Part shown: piece by piece, positions 1 to 11,139 of the stretch | Numbering within the stretch: position 1 is the first letter of the stretch | Layout of the letters: the number at the start of each line of letters is the position of its first letter | Program-made: the position numbers and the translations under genes | The notes under the pieces: model-generated | What the model was told of the DNA's origin: nothing | Database searches by the model: none | The model's input: only the letters and a program-made list of their open reading frames with translations | Assembly (NCBI GenBank): GCA_013239625.1 | Contig: MU054098.1 | Span: forward strand, 1,262,753 to 1,282,752 | From: Lama guanicoe | Taxonomy: Eukaryota | DNA: 20,000 bases | Direction of reading: 5' to 3'

Positions 1-9
1 GCTTAGTAT

Positions 10-90
10 CTTCTTAAATGGCAAATACAGGATTCAAGTCTAGATCACCATGGCACCAGAGAACAAGTTCTTAAAGATAACACACTCCAG
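10..90 (-). mobile_element. MIR SINE fragment
   Basis: aaatggcaaatacaggattcaagtctag...ttcttaaagataacac resembles the reverse-strand MIR 5' region (ggattcaaacccagg...ctcttaaccac); highly diverged. Confidence 0.45.
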
Positions 91-1202
91 TATTCATATT
101 CCAGCATTACATGCTTCATTCTAGGGTGACACTGACTATGGAGGGAGTCACAAAATTAAAATGAAAATCATCTTTGAATCAGGAATGCTTTGCATAAACC
201 ACATTTTATGGTCAAGAGGTACACATAAAGATTTTTTTTCTCTTCTTGGATCTGCCAGTATTTCCTAGTGTTTATATAGGTCTCTCTATAATTTCCTACA
301 ATTTTGAGATAAATTTGGCATCAGTAAACCACGTATTTTTAAAGGGCACATTTGATAAGTTTTGACATATGCATACACCTGTGAAATCATCAACACATTC
401 AAGATAATGAGCATTTTAATTATCCCCCTGGATTTCCTCATGCCTTTTTTTTAATCCATCCCTCCCTGCATTATCTCTTCCCTCTACTACAGTCCTTAAG
501 CAACTACTGATCCTTCTTTCATTCTAGATTAGTTGGCATTTCCTGGACCTTAACACCAATGGGATCATACAGTGTATACTTTTTAGGGGGTATGTGACTT
601 CTTCCAAAAGCAACAATTTTGAGATTTATCCAAGTTGTTGACTGTGTTAGTCGTTTGTTCCGTTTAGATGCCAAATACTATTCCACTGTGTGGATATGCC
701 ATGATCCATCTACGTGTTGATGAACATTTGCATTGTTTCTAGTTTGGGGTATTACAAATAAAAACAGTTATGGACATTTGGATACAAGTTATTGCATGTA
801 CATCTTGGATAAATACCTTGAAGTGAACTGGCAGGTGTATAGTTAACTATTTAAGTAACTGCCAACCTTTTCAAAAATGGCCATACTATGTTCCTACCAA
901 CAGTATAGGAGAGCCTCAGTTACTTTTTATTGTCAACAACAGTTTATATGTTCTGGTTTTTGTTTGTTTTAGACATTCTAATAATGGGTGTTATGGGTGT
1001 TGTTTTGTTTCATTTTGTTTTGGTATCACATTGTGAATTAAACTTAAATTTCAATGATAACTAATAATACAAACTTTTTAATATGCTTATTAGTCATTCA
1101 CAGATCTTGTGAACTGAGTATTTACATCTTTCATCCATTTTTACTGGATTATTTTTTGTTTTGCTATTTAGTTGTAAGAGTTCTTTATTCTGGATACAGG
1201 TT

Positions 1203-1281
1203 CCTGTTTCTGCTTTGTAAATAAGTTTGTCTGTCTTTTTTTTTTTTTTTTTTAATACCACAACTCCTTTATCCAGTCAAC
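1203..1281 (-). mobile_element. Short internal fragment(s) of a younger L1 3' region embedded in the old L1
   Basis: Reverse complement of 1203-1262 aligns to 18227-18280 of this window, and 1256-1279 resembles the antisense of about 18032-18058. Confidence 0.6.
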
Positions 1282-1711
1282 AGTTTTAGGTGTTACATGA
1301 TCCATTTAGATTTAACTGTTGCATTTGGCATAAGGTAATGGTCCATGTTCATTTATTTCCATATGGGTATCCAGATGAATAATTACCACTTGTTGAAAAG
1401 ACTTTCCTTTCCTCATTGAATTGCCTTGGCGTCTTTATCAAAATTGATAGATAATGTATATGTGTGGGTTTATTTCTGGACTTTGTATTCTGTACCATTG
1501 AACTATATGTCTGTATGTCTGTCATTTCAACAATGCCAAAGTGCCTAGATTAATACAGATTTATAGTATGTCTTATAATCGGATAACATAAGTCCTCCCA
1601 CTTTTTTCTTTTTTTGAAAAAAATGTCTTTGGTTATTCTAGACCTTTTGCATTTCCGTATAATTTTAGCATCAGCTTGCCAGTATGTTTTTTTAAAAAGC
1701 CTGCTGAATTT

Positions 1712-1729
1712 TGTGTGTGTGTGTGTGTG
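1712..1729. repeat. (TG)9 microsatellite
   Basis: Direct reading. Confidence 0.95.
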
Positions 1730-2139
1730 ATTACATTTAATCTATAGATCAATTCAGGAAAAACTGCCATCTTAAAATGTTGTTTTTCTATTTATAAACA
1801 TGTTATATCTCTCCATTTATTTATGCCTTTGAAAATTTCTTTAGCAATGTCTTACAGTTTGTAGGGTGGAAATCTTGGACATCTTTTGTTAAAATAATTC
1901 ATAAATATTGTATATTTTGATGCTACTATAAATAGACATTTTACTTACTGCTGGTATATAGGAATACAATGGATTTTTAATATTAATATACATATTCAGG
2001 TCTAATTTAGAACACATTGCTAAATTCACTTATTTATTATATGATGTCTTTCCTGTTTAAAGAATAAAAATCTCTTTTAACCACAGTTCCCTTCACCTAC
2101 CTGTTTTCTCCCCTTCATCATCAAAGTTCTTTTAAAAAT

Positions 2140-2890
2140 GGAAAGTTTCTTGTTTCCACATCACCTCACATTTATCTCTCAATGAATTCTAACCTGCTTT
2201 ACTCCCGCAACAATCTGAGATTCCCACATCTCTTCACTGCAATTCTAACACCATAGCTATCAAGGTTCTTATATTTTTGCATTATACAATAGCACCTTTT
2301 ATTGCTGTTTGACCTCACATCCATTTTTAACACTGATGATGTTTAATGTACCATTTTTCTGGTTTAATTTCTACTTCTCTAGCAACTTCTTTTTATCTTC
2401 TCTGTGTGAGTGTTTTCCATTGCTCAGTATTTCAAATTAGGAATCCTGTGTTTGGCCCTCCTCCCACATCACACACTCCTCTTGGGTAATTTCACACAAT
2501 TCTCTGACTCCAGTTATCATTGATATATTGATGACTTTGATACCTCCACCTCCAGGCTAGATCTCTCTACTGAAATCTAGATCAAAACCAAACATCATTT
2601 CTTAGTCTGGTAAATTGCTTCTCAGAGGACAAAAACTAACATAGAAAAAGAAACCTGAGTTTCATTCTTGATTGCGAATATCCAATCTGTTGTCAAATTA
2701 TCATTTTATCTCCTTAATGTTTCATAAACTGTCTACTTTGTTCCCACTCTTACTGAAACTCAGGCCAATATCATCTCTCACTAGAACACAGTCTTGACCA
2801 TTATGCTGGCCTCCATTCTTGTAACACTCAATGCAGTATTTACACCATGTCCAGAATGATATTTTTAACACAAGTCTAATCATGAATTAT
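2140..2890 (+). mobile_element. LINE-2 (L2) fragment, RT region to 3' portion
   Basis: cagttatcattgatatattgatgactttgatacctccacctccaggctagatctctct matches the L2 YADD-region consensus (tatgctgatgactcccaaatctatatctccagcccagacctctct); later atccaatctgttgtcaaat and ccagaatgatatttttaacacaagtctaatcatg are L2 3' motifs. Confidence 0.75.
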
Positions 2891-2919
2891 CAATTACTCA
2901 ATTATAACACAAATAAGTT

Positions 2920-3030
2920 ATGTTGTTCAAATTGAAGATATATTAATGAAAATTCTCCAAAGAACAGAGAGAAAATAAAGATTGAAAAAATGAACAGCAC
3001 TTGAGTGACTTGTGAGATACTATTAAGTAT
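2920..3030 (+). mobile_element. Old L1 ORF1 fragment
   Basis: ttgaagatatattaatgaaaattctccaaagaacagagagaaaataaagattgaaaaaatgaacagcacttgagtgacttgtgagatactattaag resembles the L1M ORF1 coiled-coil/NEQSL..LWD segment. Confidence 0.65.
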
Positions 3031-3044
3031 TTTAAGAAATTTTT

Positions 3045-3600
3045 AAAGTATGAACTGCTAATAAACATAACATCATGGATAACTTCTAACAGTATCATTT
3101 TGAGGGGAAAAGACCCAGATACAAAAGAGCAGGTGCTATATGATTTCATTTATATGAAGTTTCAGAATAAGTAAAACACATGTACTGTGGAAAGAATAAG
3201 ATAAATGCAAGAATGAATTTTATGTTGACAAAAAAGCCTAGAAACGTATATTCATTTAAAAATACTGAATTTCGCTAGCTCACAACGAAAATGATCCACA
3301 TCTACACATACAACAAACATAATATTGAGTTAAAGAGGTCAGACAAAATCATAAATTCTAAAGGATTCAATTTTTATAAATTTCAAAAGTAAGTAAAACT
3401 AAACTGTAACACTTAGCAATTCAAAACTGAGTGATCAAAATATAAAGAAAGGAAAAATGATGATTTCTCTAAAAGTCAACTTGATGGCTATTTTAGAGGA
3501 CAGACATAGAAGGGGTTGTGACTGGGGAGGGGTTGAGAGTTCTGATGATAACTTTATTTGATTTGGGTGGTGGCAACATGGTTGTTCACTTTATAACAAT
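3045..3600 (+). mobile_element. L1ME-type 3' UTR fragments (two pieces)
   Basis: catggataacttc...cagatacaaaagag...tatatgatttcatttatatgaagtttcagaataagtaaaac, and a second unit aaacataatattgagttaaagaggtcagaca...tttgggtggtggcaacatggttgttcactttataa. Confidence 0.75.
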
Positions 3601-3694
3601 GAAGGTGAAAAACAGTGGTTCAATCACTAAGTGTGTATTTGCTAAATGTAAATGTCATGAAAATATGGACTGAACAAAAACGTTTCTCTTCTTC

Positions 3695-3765
3695 AGGGCT
3701 TTGTCTCTAGCACACAGTGAACACTCAATACATATTTTTTGGAAAAAAGTGAATGAATGAACTGA
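3695..3765 (+). mobile_element. L2 3' terminus
   Basis: tctagcacacagtgaacactcaatacatattt...tgaatgaatgaa, the typical L2 tail. Confidence 0.7.
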
Positions 3766-5144
3766 GTACCCACCCTGTGTTCACATTCAGCTAGTGGATG
3801 ATGCTACGGGTACGCTCAAGTTAGTGATCATCTTGTTTGTGAGAAAGACTATCTGCAACAGGCACAGAACAACTAGTAAACTCCCAAATTAACTTTTGAT
3901 TTACTGTTTATTTTCCAAGGTCATTGTTCCATCGTTCCACTTTGTTAACCTCTATCATAAAAACATATTTAGAAAATTTCTATTCTGTAAGTGGTGACAG
4001 GTTTGGCACTCCACTTTTGCAAACAGGAGCTTCCTATGAAGTATGTTATTTTCTTATGAAATAAGAGGTACGAAATTCCACCCCATTTGTGAAAATGCAC
4101 TGACTTTCAGACTAGTGTTTATCAAATGACTCTTCTTAACAATTATAATAAAGGCATAATCTGATAGCTAACAAATCAACTTGTTTATTTTAACTACAAA
4201 TAGATTCTAATTCAGGGTTTTACTAGTTATTATCTTCTACTTTGCCAAAATTTTATTCTTAGCTGTAACCCAGCCCTCTGCTTGTCTTCAAATATCCAGA
4301 TGCTTGCTCTCCTAGGGGAAACTATATCAAAAGGCAAATAAATGAGTTATTGCCAATAGAATAGTACCTATAATTACATTATATTTGCTTTTCCATTTTC
4401 TTCTCCCTTTATTTACAAGAGTTTCAAAAGTAAATAAATGCAATACCATCAAGCTCAACAATGTTAAATGTCAATGAGGTGAACAGAAAATAAACAAATG
4501 TCATTTTAGTTCATAAACACAAAAATGTTCACTTATAACATTTGAATGAATTTTAAAAATAGCTCTTACACATACAGCTTTGTTTTCCAAAAGAAGGAAT
4601 AAGCTACAGGGGGCTGTTCCCATTTATTGTAAATTGTGAAACTGCAAATCAGAGAGAGGAGAACCACACATTCGTAAAAGGTAAATGCATCTTAATGTAT
4701 ACTACCCCCCACATTAACAGGTATTAAAAAAAGAGCAAACATTACAAACAGCAAATGTTTAATAGTGCTTGGTTATAGAACTTAAAACAATGCTGTTTAT
4801 ACTGGGTTCCACAGACAGTGAAAAAATAATGCTTCTTCATTAATGGTGAATATGATATTCTAAACATGAAAATATATTTGACAAAAATAACCTTCAGTGC
4901 CCTTATCTTATTAGGTAAATGAAGTACAGGATAAACATTTATTTATTATCTCTCTAACCCTCATATTTACTCTGTCCGTTTGCAATAACCTTAAAGTAGG
5001 ATTCTTTCTACATACTATTCTCAATGGGAAAAGATGGGTAAAGGAAGAGTGGGTTGCTAAGAGTAGATAGAAGAGCAGATAGGTACAAGGTCAGAATTAG
5101 AAGAGATGTGCTACAGACTTTGTCCAAGTTCAATTTAGTGAACA

Positions 5145-5200
5145 ACTAAGTACTCATGATACTTCTAGTATGTGCTTAATAAGTATCTGTTGAATGAACA
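5145..5200 (+). mobile_element. L2 3' terminus fragment
   Basis: tagtatgtgcttaataagtatctgttgaatgaa. Confidence 0.55.
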
Positions 5201-5411
5201 AAGACATAGTTTGTGGTGGAGGTCCTCAGGTTGGGTACTGAGCGGGTTGTCTACATCTTTAAGGTCAGCAGAGAGATCACAGTTGAAACTGTGAAGCCTG
5301 ATTTCAATCCCTTTTGCATAAGAGTATTAGATGAACTGACATTCTATTAAGCTGCACACATCTCAACAACTGTATTTTTGCTTTTCTTCTGGCTTCCTTC
5401 TCAGAGAAAAT

Positions 5412-6195
5412 TAATTTTTTGCTTAAATCAGGTTTATCAAGACATACTTTACATAAAGCAAAATCCAACCTTTCTAGGTATACAGATCTGTGAATTGTGA
5501 AAAATGGATAAAGTCAAATAAACCATAGCCACAATCAAGATATAGGATATTTCCACCACTTTAAAATACTCTCTATTCTATGTTTGTAGTCAAACACGCA
5601 ACCCATCCCAAGCCTCTAGTAACCATTGATCTGTTCTCCATCCCATAGTTTTAGTTTTATTCAGAACATTATAGAAATGAAATCATGTAATATATAGCTT
5701 TTTTGAGTCCGACCTCTTTCACTTAGCATAATGCTTTTGGAATTGATCCATGTTATTGTTTATTTCAGTAGGTTTTTTTTAATGCTGAGTACTATTCCCT
5801 TTTATAGATGAGCCAGACATTGCTCATCTAGTCACTAGTTAATGCTTATCTGGTGTTATTTCTAGTTTTTGTGATTATGAATTAAGCTACTATATATATT
5901 CATGTACCAGTTTATGTGAAGACATATGTTTTCATTTCTATTTGGTAAATACTTAAGAGTGAGACTGCTGAGTCACATGCCAAGTGTAAGTTCAACCAAA
6001 ATGTTTTCCAAAGTCACTTTATCACTTTGCATTGAGTTCTGGTTGCTTGACGTTCTTGCCAGTGTGTGTTCTCCCATTCTAACAGGTGTGAGCGTGTGAT
6101 TTTAATATGTGTTTCTCTAACCACTAATGATGTTGATCATCTTTTCATGTGCTTATTTGCTATTTGTAGCTCTGCTATGATGAAGTGTCTTATCA
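5412..6195 (-). mobile_element. L1MB-like 3' end (5'-truncated)
   Basis: Begins with a T-tract and aggtttatcaagacatactttacata, then ccacaatcaagatatagga, ctctttcacttagcataatgcttttgg, catcttttcatgtgcttatttgctatttgt. Confidence 0.9.
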
Positions 6196-6244
6196 AGGAA
6201 AATATTCTTTAAATGAAAGAGAAAAAATGAATTTGGTGCATATC

Positions 6245-6498
6245 GGGCTAGTCTCCTCTTCTCTGAGAACTAGTCTCCTCCCAGGGATGGCTCCTGGCAG
6301 CCATGTTTGTATTATGTGACCTCACTCTTCTCAGATGATGGGATCTAATTCAAGGAAAACCAATCCAATGGTTGGGCTGGATAAATCAGAGCACTCTGTA
6401 GTAGCTAAATCATTTAACTACAGATGCTGAATCTGGGAAGGTGCTAAATACATTATTTTGAGATTGTTATAGGGTCTATGTATAAATGGAGAGAGTCT

Positions 6499-6534
<36 letters not shown>

Positions 6535-6782
6535 TAAAAAACAACAGCTCAGGGAAAATTACGTCTGAGACTACGTGGCCCCAGAAAGAGAGAGAGAGAG
6601 GTTTTCTGATAGCTTTCCAATTGCGGAAAATCTCTTCTGAGGCCTAGATTCACTTCCTATCACTAATTTATCTGTGAGATAACCCTATATCCTTCCTATA
6701 AATTTCCCCTTTTGGTTAAACTAGCTTAGATTAGCTTTGTTGTTTCTTTTTGTTGCCATCAAATGGCCCTTGACTGAAATAA
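6245..6782 (+). mobile_element. Solo LTR, ERVL-type (LTR16/LTR33-like)
   Basis: 3' end tataaatttccccttttggttaaactagcttagattagctttg...ttgccatcaaatggcccttgactgaaat matches the ERVL LTR terminus pattern (aataaattccctttttgcttaagctagtttgagttggg...cttgcaaccaaaagagtcctgactaataca); internal GA-rich tract. Confidence 0.7.
6501..6530. repeat. (AG)15 microsatellite, with a second (AG)7 at 6587-6600
   Basis: Direct reading. Confidence 0.95.
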
Positions 6783-7029
6783 TGAAAATATATTTCTGAA
6801 TGAATTTTTTTTTAAAAATGAGAACAATAAAATTCAAAGGATTTCAAGTTTTATATGTGATGAATTGTTTATTAGAAAAAAATGTGTCAAAGTATTGAAG
6901 ACTGCCAGGCCCGCAACTCCTTTCTGAGCATTCATTCCTCTATACAATACGTTGCCCCATGGGGCTTGCAACACAGAGTCCACAGCCGGTTTGATCTGAT
7001 ACTGATATCTGAAACAGTGACAACAATCC

Positions 7030-7220
7030 GAAAACTTGACAGCAATCTCTGGGGTAGCTTGGTTTATAATATGAACCAGTACCGATTTTCTATATTGTAT
7101 GATGATTGGCTAAACCAATAGTATGCTCATTTGAAAGAGTCCAAATGTGAGAACAGAGGGAAAGCTAGCCAGGAGCTGCAGGATCAGTGGAAGCAGAGAC
7201 AGAGCATAGCTGAGTCACCA
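7030..7220 (-). promoter_or_regulatory. Candidate TATA/CCAAT core promoter, motif-based only
   Basis: Minus strand: TATAAA at 7068-7063, TAGCCAATCA at 7112-7103, TGACTCAGC at 7217-7209, and a CA dinucleotide at 7038/7037 lying 31 nt from the TATA start. Confidence 0.3.
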
Positions 7221-7479
7221 TTATATTGAAATACTAGCCTTGGGAGCAGCTTACTATAGAGAGTATCTCACTTCTGAGGAGATGTCCACTGGCCTTCAGG
7301 CACTAATGCCACTGCAACATCTAAACAGTTTTTTTTTCTCCCTAACTCATAGAAACTTACCAAACACCACCAATAAAGAAGGTAAACTATATAGTTTCTA
7401 TTACTTCAGTTTGACTATATCCTTCCATCCGTAAAGAGTGTAACTAACACTTTCTGAAATCAAAACAATGAAATATAAG

Positions 7480-8160
7480 AGATAAATGTGAAGTCCTCCA
7501 TTTAGGTTTAAATAATGAATATATATGGCATGTCATTTTACCAATCTATATGGTTAAAAAGAAGATTGGATATTGAAATAATTCTGAGCTCATATAAAAT
7601 AGCAATAAGAAGGGGCAGGAAAAAACCAATTGTCATGTAAGGCTGCATCAATAGAAAGACAGTGCCCAGAACCATGGAAGTAATGAGTGCCCCTTACTAT
7701 AACTGGTCAGAATGGGTCAGAAGGACTGCTTTAAGTTCTGAGTTATGTGTTTTTTAAAAATCCTCTTGAATATTAGAGGTATATTCATAGAAGAATGAAT
7801 AGAAATGGTAAATGATAAATAAATCATGTCACTGGAGAACTGAGAAACTGAAGGAGGTTAGCTTTAGAAAGAGAAGCTTAGAAGAGTATATGGCTCGTGT
7901 ATTCATAGATATGAATAAATAAAAATAGAATATAAGATTGTTTTGTGTACATCTAGAGGAAAAAGGTCAGGAATAGAGTAAAACTATAAATAAATTTCAC
8001 ATCAATAGAACATGTGCTTAATAACTAGAACTGCTCAAAAACGGAAGTGGGATGACTTGTGATGTAGTAACATCCCCAAATCAAAAGTCCCAAGAGAGAC
8101 CAGACAGGAATCAGTCTGAGATATTTGTAAAGGAAATTCCTTCTATTCCTGAAATCCTCA
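7480..8160 (+). mobile_element. CR1/L3 LINE 3' fragment
   Basis: gataaatgtgaagtcctccatttagg, aggctgcatcaatagaaag, tagctttagaaagagaagcttaga and ttgtgatgtagtaacatcccc are collinear CR1/L3 motifs. Confidence 0.8.
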
Positions 8161-8184
8161 TTTCAGTAAATACTATTCTTGCAA

Positions 8185-8305
8185 TCAGTTTTCTCCCCTC
8201 CTAGATGTTTAGCTCCTTGAGGGCAACAACTTGGCCTTTACTGTGTTTTATATCCGAATTCTGAATGTAATCCTTGCAAGAGTATTCATAAATGTTTTAA
8301 AATGA
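8185..8305 (+). mobile_element. L2 3' fragment
   Basis: tctcccctcctagatgtttagctccttgagggca...ttcataaatgtttt. Confidence 0.7.
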
Positions 8306-8747
8306 CCTTTCACATTTGTGTCCTCTCTTTCCTCTCTCCTCTGCCAAACAAACATTTCATATTAAAATATCAATGAACAGCAAATACTGATATCTATTCT
8401 TCTGAAAGAATAGCTTATTTCTGTCATGCTTTCCTTGAGGGCTTCTTAACATTCTTGCTTCTTTTGCAAAGAGGTCCAGTGAGAGCCCACCGCCCCATCA
8501 ATGGAATGTCATTCCCATAATACATCATAAGACATTCCACTGGCAAGAGCAGGAGGTCAGGGACTGCCCTTTTCAAAAGCTTTAATGAAAAATAATATAC
8601 CCATCAACTTTATGTTAAACAAGCTCAGTTGCAAAGCAAGGCAACAGGTTCAGATGAAAATCTAGGTCCTGCCTACTAGTGAAAGATAGAGTTCTTTTTA
8701 GTATCTCTACAAATCAGCGGAGGGGAGGGAAGAAGTCATGTCCTGAA

Positions 8748-8885
8748 ATAAGCACAGGACCGGGAGAAAAGAGACTCTGGATTTAATCTCAGCAATGACT
8801 CTAAACTAAAGGTGTCATATCACGCAAACTGCTTCATTTCTCTATGCCTCAGTTTCTTTATCATCTAATGGTCCCCTAACACCTG
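8748..8885 (+). mobile_element. MIR SINE
   Basis: agcacaggaccgggag...ctggatttaatctcagc...tctctatgcctcagtttc (MIR core). Confidence 0.7.
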
Positions 8886-9317
8886 TTCTGCTGTGTTGGC
8901 AGATTGCTTAGTGCCACAACCTTCTAAGGTTAAGAAGACAAGAAGGTTTTCTGATAAGAGACCTAGTTTTACTTATAGCACCACTGACTCTTTTATCTCC
9001 TTCATCAGTGTTCCATTTCTCTCTTCTTTTCTACTGTAATGCACCATACTACACTATACTATACATAGAGTGGACAAATAATAAGGCTTAATTAAAAGCT
9101 AAAGGAACATCAACAACCAAACTATCACGGAGGGCTAAAATCTTATTCTAACCACGTGATGTTTACTAATTAATACTAATACTTCAGCAATATAACAATA
9201 TATTCAGCAGTAAGAATAATCATTATTAAATACTTTTCCCTGGAAGTAATTGTTGTCACTTCCCTAGACTCCCAGGGATTTTTGTTGGCATATTACAAGA
9301 CCATCTTAATTTCATAC

Positions 9318-9490
9318 AGATCTGAGTTTCAGTGTGGGATCAATCCCATCTTAGCTGTACAAGATGTGATAGGTTGTATCATCTCTCTGGCTCTCAGTTT
9401 CTTCTCTGTAAAATGGGTATACCAAGGCCCAATTCACAAGTATGTAAAATACCTAGCACAGGCCTTGGGACCTGATAGGCCATCCCCAAG
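9318..9490 (+). mobile_element. MIR SINE
   Basis: ctcagtttcttctctgtaaaatgggtat...tatgtaaaatacctagcacaggccttgggac. Confidence 0.8.
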
Positions 9491-10679
9491 TGCTACTTTC
9501 ATTTCTCCTGTTTCAGGTGCTTGGCTCCTCTATTTAGAGCTATTACTATTTCACTCCTCCAAGGCCCTCTCTTCTGTATCAGGCTTCTCTTAAATATATC
9601 ACTGGCTTTACCATACCTCCTATAGACCACTTGAACCTACACCTGGACCATCTATCACTTTAATACACACTGGCATTTTAAAAAGCAGTCCTGTGAATAT
9701 CCATTTTCCTTTTAAAGTCCTTCAGGGCCATTTAAAATTTTTGAAATAAAAGAAACATTCCAGAACCTCTCTACCAAGATTTTTAACATCAGTCCCTTTG
9801 CGAGACACATGTTTTCCCAAAGAATATTGCTACCTATTCTTCCTACCTTACAAGGCAGCCGCGAGGATAAAAAAGGTAATAGAAGTGAAGCTGTTAATAA
9901 TTTCCAGGGGTAGAGAAAAATTATCTAAATGGAAGGATCTGCTCGTCAGTCAACTGGGAGACTTTATTTTCCTGACAAAAAAGTGTGAAACCATATAGCA
10001 ATTAAAATTATCTTTCTAGCCTGCCACATCAGTGTCCCTTCCATTGTGTTTCCGCATAGCCCATTTCAGCTGTATTCACTGTCTGCAGCTAGCGATTACT
10101 GAAGCGCTCGCTGCAGTAAGAAGCCCTTCCTCAGCTTCGCAGCCACTTAATAACACGTTCCTCATTCCGCAGAGCAAATTCTGATTCTGGATAAGATGAA
10201 ACCACGGTGAAATTATATTTAATGGGGGAAGAAAACAACAGTGTTCACTCTGTCCTCTGTTTCTCTGCATATATTGTCGTGTCAGGACTGTAGCAAGCGG
10301 AGAGTGGATGTCTGGTTCCCATTCCAATGAGGGATTCAAATAGGAATGATTCTCATATCCATGATAAACAGCTTCATTGCTAAAAGCTGCTGTGGAAAGT
10401 GCCAGGGGATCTCTTCACCCCACTTTTAACATGAGGTCCATATGTGGAGATGTTCTAACAGGGCGATATGCAGTTTGAGCTCTGTCTTTAGTTGTGATAT
10501 GAGGTTGTTAAGCCATTCACCTGCTCCTTCTCCAACTTCATTCTCTACTTTAATGAATTTGTCAGATCCCAGAATTAGGGGTGATGGCAATGGCAGAGAA
10601 CAAAGTGACAACCTCTGAGAAGTAAAGTGGCTTCAATCAATTTCCTATGCAGTCTACTAGTACTAAACACAACACCAAT

Positions 10680-10900
10680 ATAGCTAAATATACAGAAAGT
10701 GCAATGGAAGCTCAGAAGGAATAGAATCTCAGTTGGTCTGAAATAATCACATGGGGCTTAAAGGAATAATAGAGTATTGTCAGGCGAATAGCTGGGACAG
10801 GTTGGAGGAGCAGTTAATTTTGACAGAGGTAAAACAGAATGTGCAGAGGAAGAGAAGCCCAAGAAAATGGTTCATTTATTATGAAACTTCATCTAGTCTG
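10680..10900 (-). mobile_element. L2 fragment
   Basis: agtgcaatggaagctcagaagga...cagaggtaaaacagaatgtgcagagg resembles the reverse-strand L2 3' region. Confidence 0.5.
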
Positions 10901-10952
10901 CTATTCCCATAGCATCACATAGTCTATGATTTCACTAGATAAGATAAAATTT

Positions 10953-10991
10953 ATACACACACACACACACACACACACATACACACACACA
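10953..10991. repeat. Interrupted (CA)n microsatellite
   Basis: Direct reading. Confidence 0.95.
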
Positions 10992-11139
10992 ACCATGCAG
11001 AATGACTCTGGCATGGTTCTTAGTTTTATAAAATTAGGTTCAGTTCAAATGAAATCCAACTGCAGATGAAGAGGAATTTTAATGACTTTAAGAACTAAGA
11101 CAACTTAAGCTACTAATGTTTACTTTCCACAGGTGCACT

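Larger units (their letters stand above)
310..2040 (-). mobile_element. Ancient LINE-1 (L1M-type) 3' UTR plus 3' part of ORF2, degraded
   Basis: Antisense L1 signatures throughout: ttttgacatatgcatacacctgtgaaatcatc, gcaactactgatcc, tgtttctagtttggggtattacaaataaa, ttgttgaaaagactttcctttcctcattgaattgccttgg, tttatttctggactttgtattctgtaccattg, ctgctggtatataggaatacaat; no open frame. Confidence 0.9.

Noticed and set aside
4594..4685. Possible plus-strand exon ending AAG|gtaaat with one open frame (GISYRGLFPFIVNCETANQREENHTFVK)
   Set aside because: The acceptor is weak, the peptide is not recognised and there are no partner exons; such sites are common by chance.
5966..5976. Perfect MARE/NRF2 motif TGCTGAGTCAC
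   Set aside because: It is a single motif inside an old L1, close to the L1 consensus ttgctgggtca, with no supporting context.
6882..7434. ORFs of 79 and 64 aa
   Set aside because: No recognisable homology, and these lengths are expected by chance.
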